NCBI GenBank assembly: GCA_965216815.1
Contig: OZ244202.1
Span: 785,762-849,761 of the forward strand
DNA: 64,000 nucleotides
Source of the DNA: Acidimicrobiales bacterium
GTDB lineage: Bacteria; Actinomycetota; Acidimicrobiia; Acidimicrobiales; SHLQ01
Reading direction: 5' to 3'
The notes under the pieces were generated by a model. The model ran no database searches, was not told where the DNA came from, and was given only the letters and a program-made list of their open reading frames with translations. Positions 63,053 through 64,000 of this stretch are shown here, one piece after another; the stretch's first letter is position 1, and every line of letters begins with the position of its first letter. Position numbers and translations under genes: made by a program.

Positions 63053-63421
63053 GTGGGAGCGGTTGGCCGCCACCCCGCGCGGACGGCGGTGGTTGCGATC
63101 GCTTCGCTCGCTGAATCCGGGCTGCATGCGCAGCGCGCTCGGCCGCGCCACCTGGCCGGACCGGCGTTGATCTCGTATGAGGCCGACATCATCGTCCTCA
63201 TGAACGCGAAGTCGGAGATCGTGTCGGAAGGGCACATCGCAGACGACGCGCGCCGCCTGAGCAAGTTCGCTCGATCGGTTGTGTTCTCCGTCGAGAAGAA
63301 CCGATCGGGGGAGGCGAATGTCGACCTGGATTTCCGCCGCGACTTCGCCTGGTTCCGGTTCGACCCCGCTGGCGTGTTCACCCAGGAGCACCTCATCGAC
63401 GAGGCCCTCCATAGAAGCTGA
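63053..63421 (+). pseudogene. Fragment resembling the C-terminal part of a DnaB-family (RecA-fold) helicase
   Basis: 'VVAIASLAESGLHAQRARPRHLAGPALISYEADIIVLM...VVFSVEKNRSGEANVDLDFRRDFAWF' parallels DnaB motifs H3/H4 and the '(I/V)xKxRNGxxG' segment. No Walker A/B region lies upstream; that space is occupied by the LLM gene. Confidence 0.4.
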
Positions 63422-63432
63422 ATCGACCGGTC

Positions 63433-64000
63433 TCAGCGACCCCTGATCGATCGGGCGATGATGTTGCGACGAACTTCGCTCGTGCCGGCGCCGATTTCGA
63501 GCAGCTTGGACGCTCGGTAGAGCCGGTTGACCTCCATCTCCCAGATGAAGCCGCTACCTCCGTGAATCTGCATGGCGTCTGACGCTGCGTGCGTGTTGAC
63601 CTCGGCCGCGTAGAGGATGGCAGCTGCGGAGTGAGCGTGGATGCTGTCGTTGAGGGACTGGTCGGTCTCGGCCTTTTCACACATCTCGAGCACTCGGTAG
63701 CAGTAGGTTCGAGCGGTCTCGAGGCCGACCCACATGTCGGCGAGCTTGTGCTGAATGACCTGGAAGTCGGCGATTGGCCGGTCGAATTGTTCGCGGTTCT
63801 CGGCCTGTTCGAGCGATAGTTCGAGGCAACGTTCGGTCATGCCGACCGATCCGAGTGCGAGAAAGGCTCGCTCGATGTCGAGGCCGCTCATCACGATCGA
63901 TACTCCGGCGTCTTCTTGGCCGAGCAGGTTCGACGCCGGCACCCGGCAATCCTCGAACAGCAGCTCGCCGGTTTGGCTACCACGGAACCCCTGCTTGACC
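63433..64000 (-). CDS. Acyl-CoA dehydrogenase, C-terminal part (5' end lies outside the window)
   Basis: 'REQFDRPIADFQVIQHKLADM' and 'QIHGGSGFIWEMEVNRLYRASKLLEIGAGTSEVRRNIIA'. The frame stays open to the window edge ('VKQGFRGSQTGELLFEDCRVP'). Confidence 0.85.
   Translation of the reverse strand, partial: VKQGFRGSQTGELLFEDCRVPASNLLGQEDAGVSIVMSGLDIERAFLALGSVGMTERCLELSLEQAENREQFDRPIADFQVIQHKLADMWVGLETARTYCYRVLEMCEKAETDQSLNDSIHAHSAAAILYAAEVNTHAASDAMQIHGGSGFIWEMEVNRLYRASKLLEIGAGTSEVRRNIIARSIRGR

Overview
This window is the chromosomal replication-origin region of a high-GC actinobacterium. The gene order closely mirrors the Mycobacterium/Streptomyces ori region; the exact taxon cannot be determined from the sequence alone.

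Core backbone:
- Left, + strand: DegV, ECF sigma/anti-sigma, trxB-trxA, a cwlM-like gene.
- Left, - strand: parB-parA (with twin parS sites), rsmG, jag, yidC, yidD, rnpA, rpmH.
- Centre, + strand: dnaA, a DnaA-box-rich dnaA-dnaN spacer (candidate oriC), dnaN, recF, DUF721/dciA, gyrB, gyrA, DUF3566, tRNA-Ile.
- Right, + strand: fhaA-fhaB-pstP-rodA-pbpA-pknB, then trpG (-) and crgA (+).
- Five tRNA genes: Ile-GAT, Arg-ACG, Ser-GCT, Ser-TGA, Leu-CAG.
- Gene orientation switches at dnaA, as expected for an origin.

Accessory and metabolic genes are interspersed. An accessory patch at about 33.4-38.2 kb holds MazEF, a methyltransferase, a P-loop NTPase, TetR and a cupin, and it abuts tRNA-Ser(TGA).

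Most notable observations:
1. A glutathione peroxidase gene has an in-frame TGA exactly at the catalytic Cys position, followed by a SECIS-like hairpin. It is a candidate selenoprotein that ORF callers split.
2. A tandem array of about 100-bp tRNA-3'-flank-like modules is fused to tRNA-Ser(TGA). A solo copy 1.5 kb away brackets the TetR-cupin pair.
3. A conserved hairpin element follows several tRNA genes and shows compensatory base changes in the stem.
4. A 65-bp palindromic REP/MITE-like element occurs three times.
5. A three-box DnaA-box module recurs at dnaA and at two distant convergent intergenic regions.
6. A roughly 200-bp rod-like element is bounded by inverted repeats.
7. There are several gene remnants and chimeras.

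No transposase, integrase, CRISPR array or rRNA was found.
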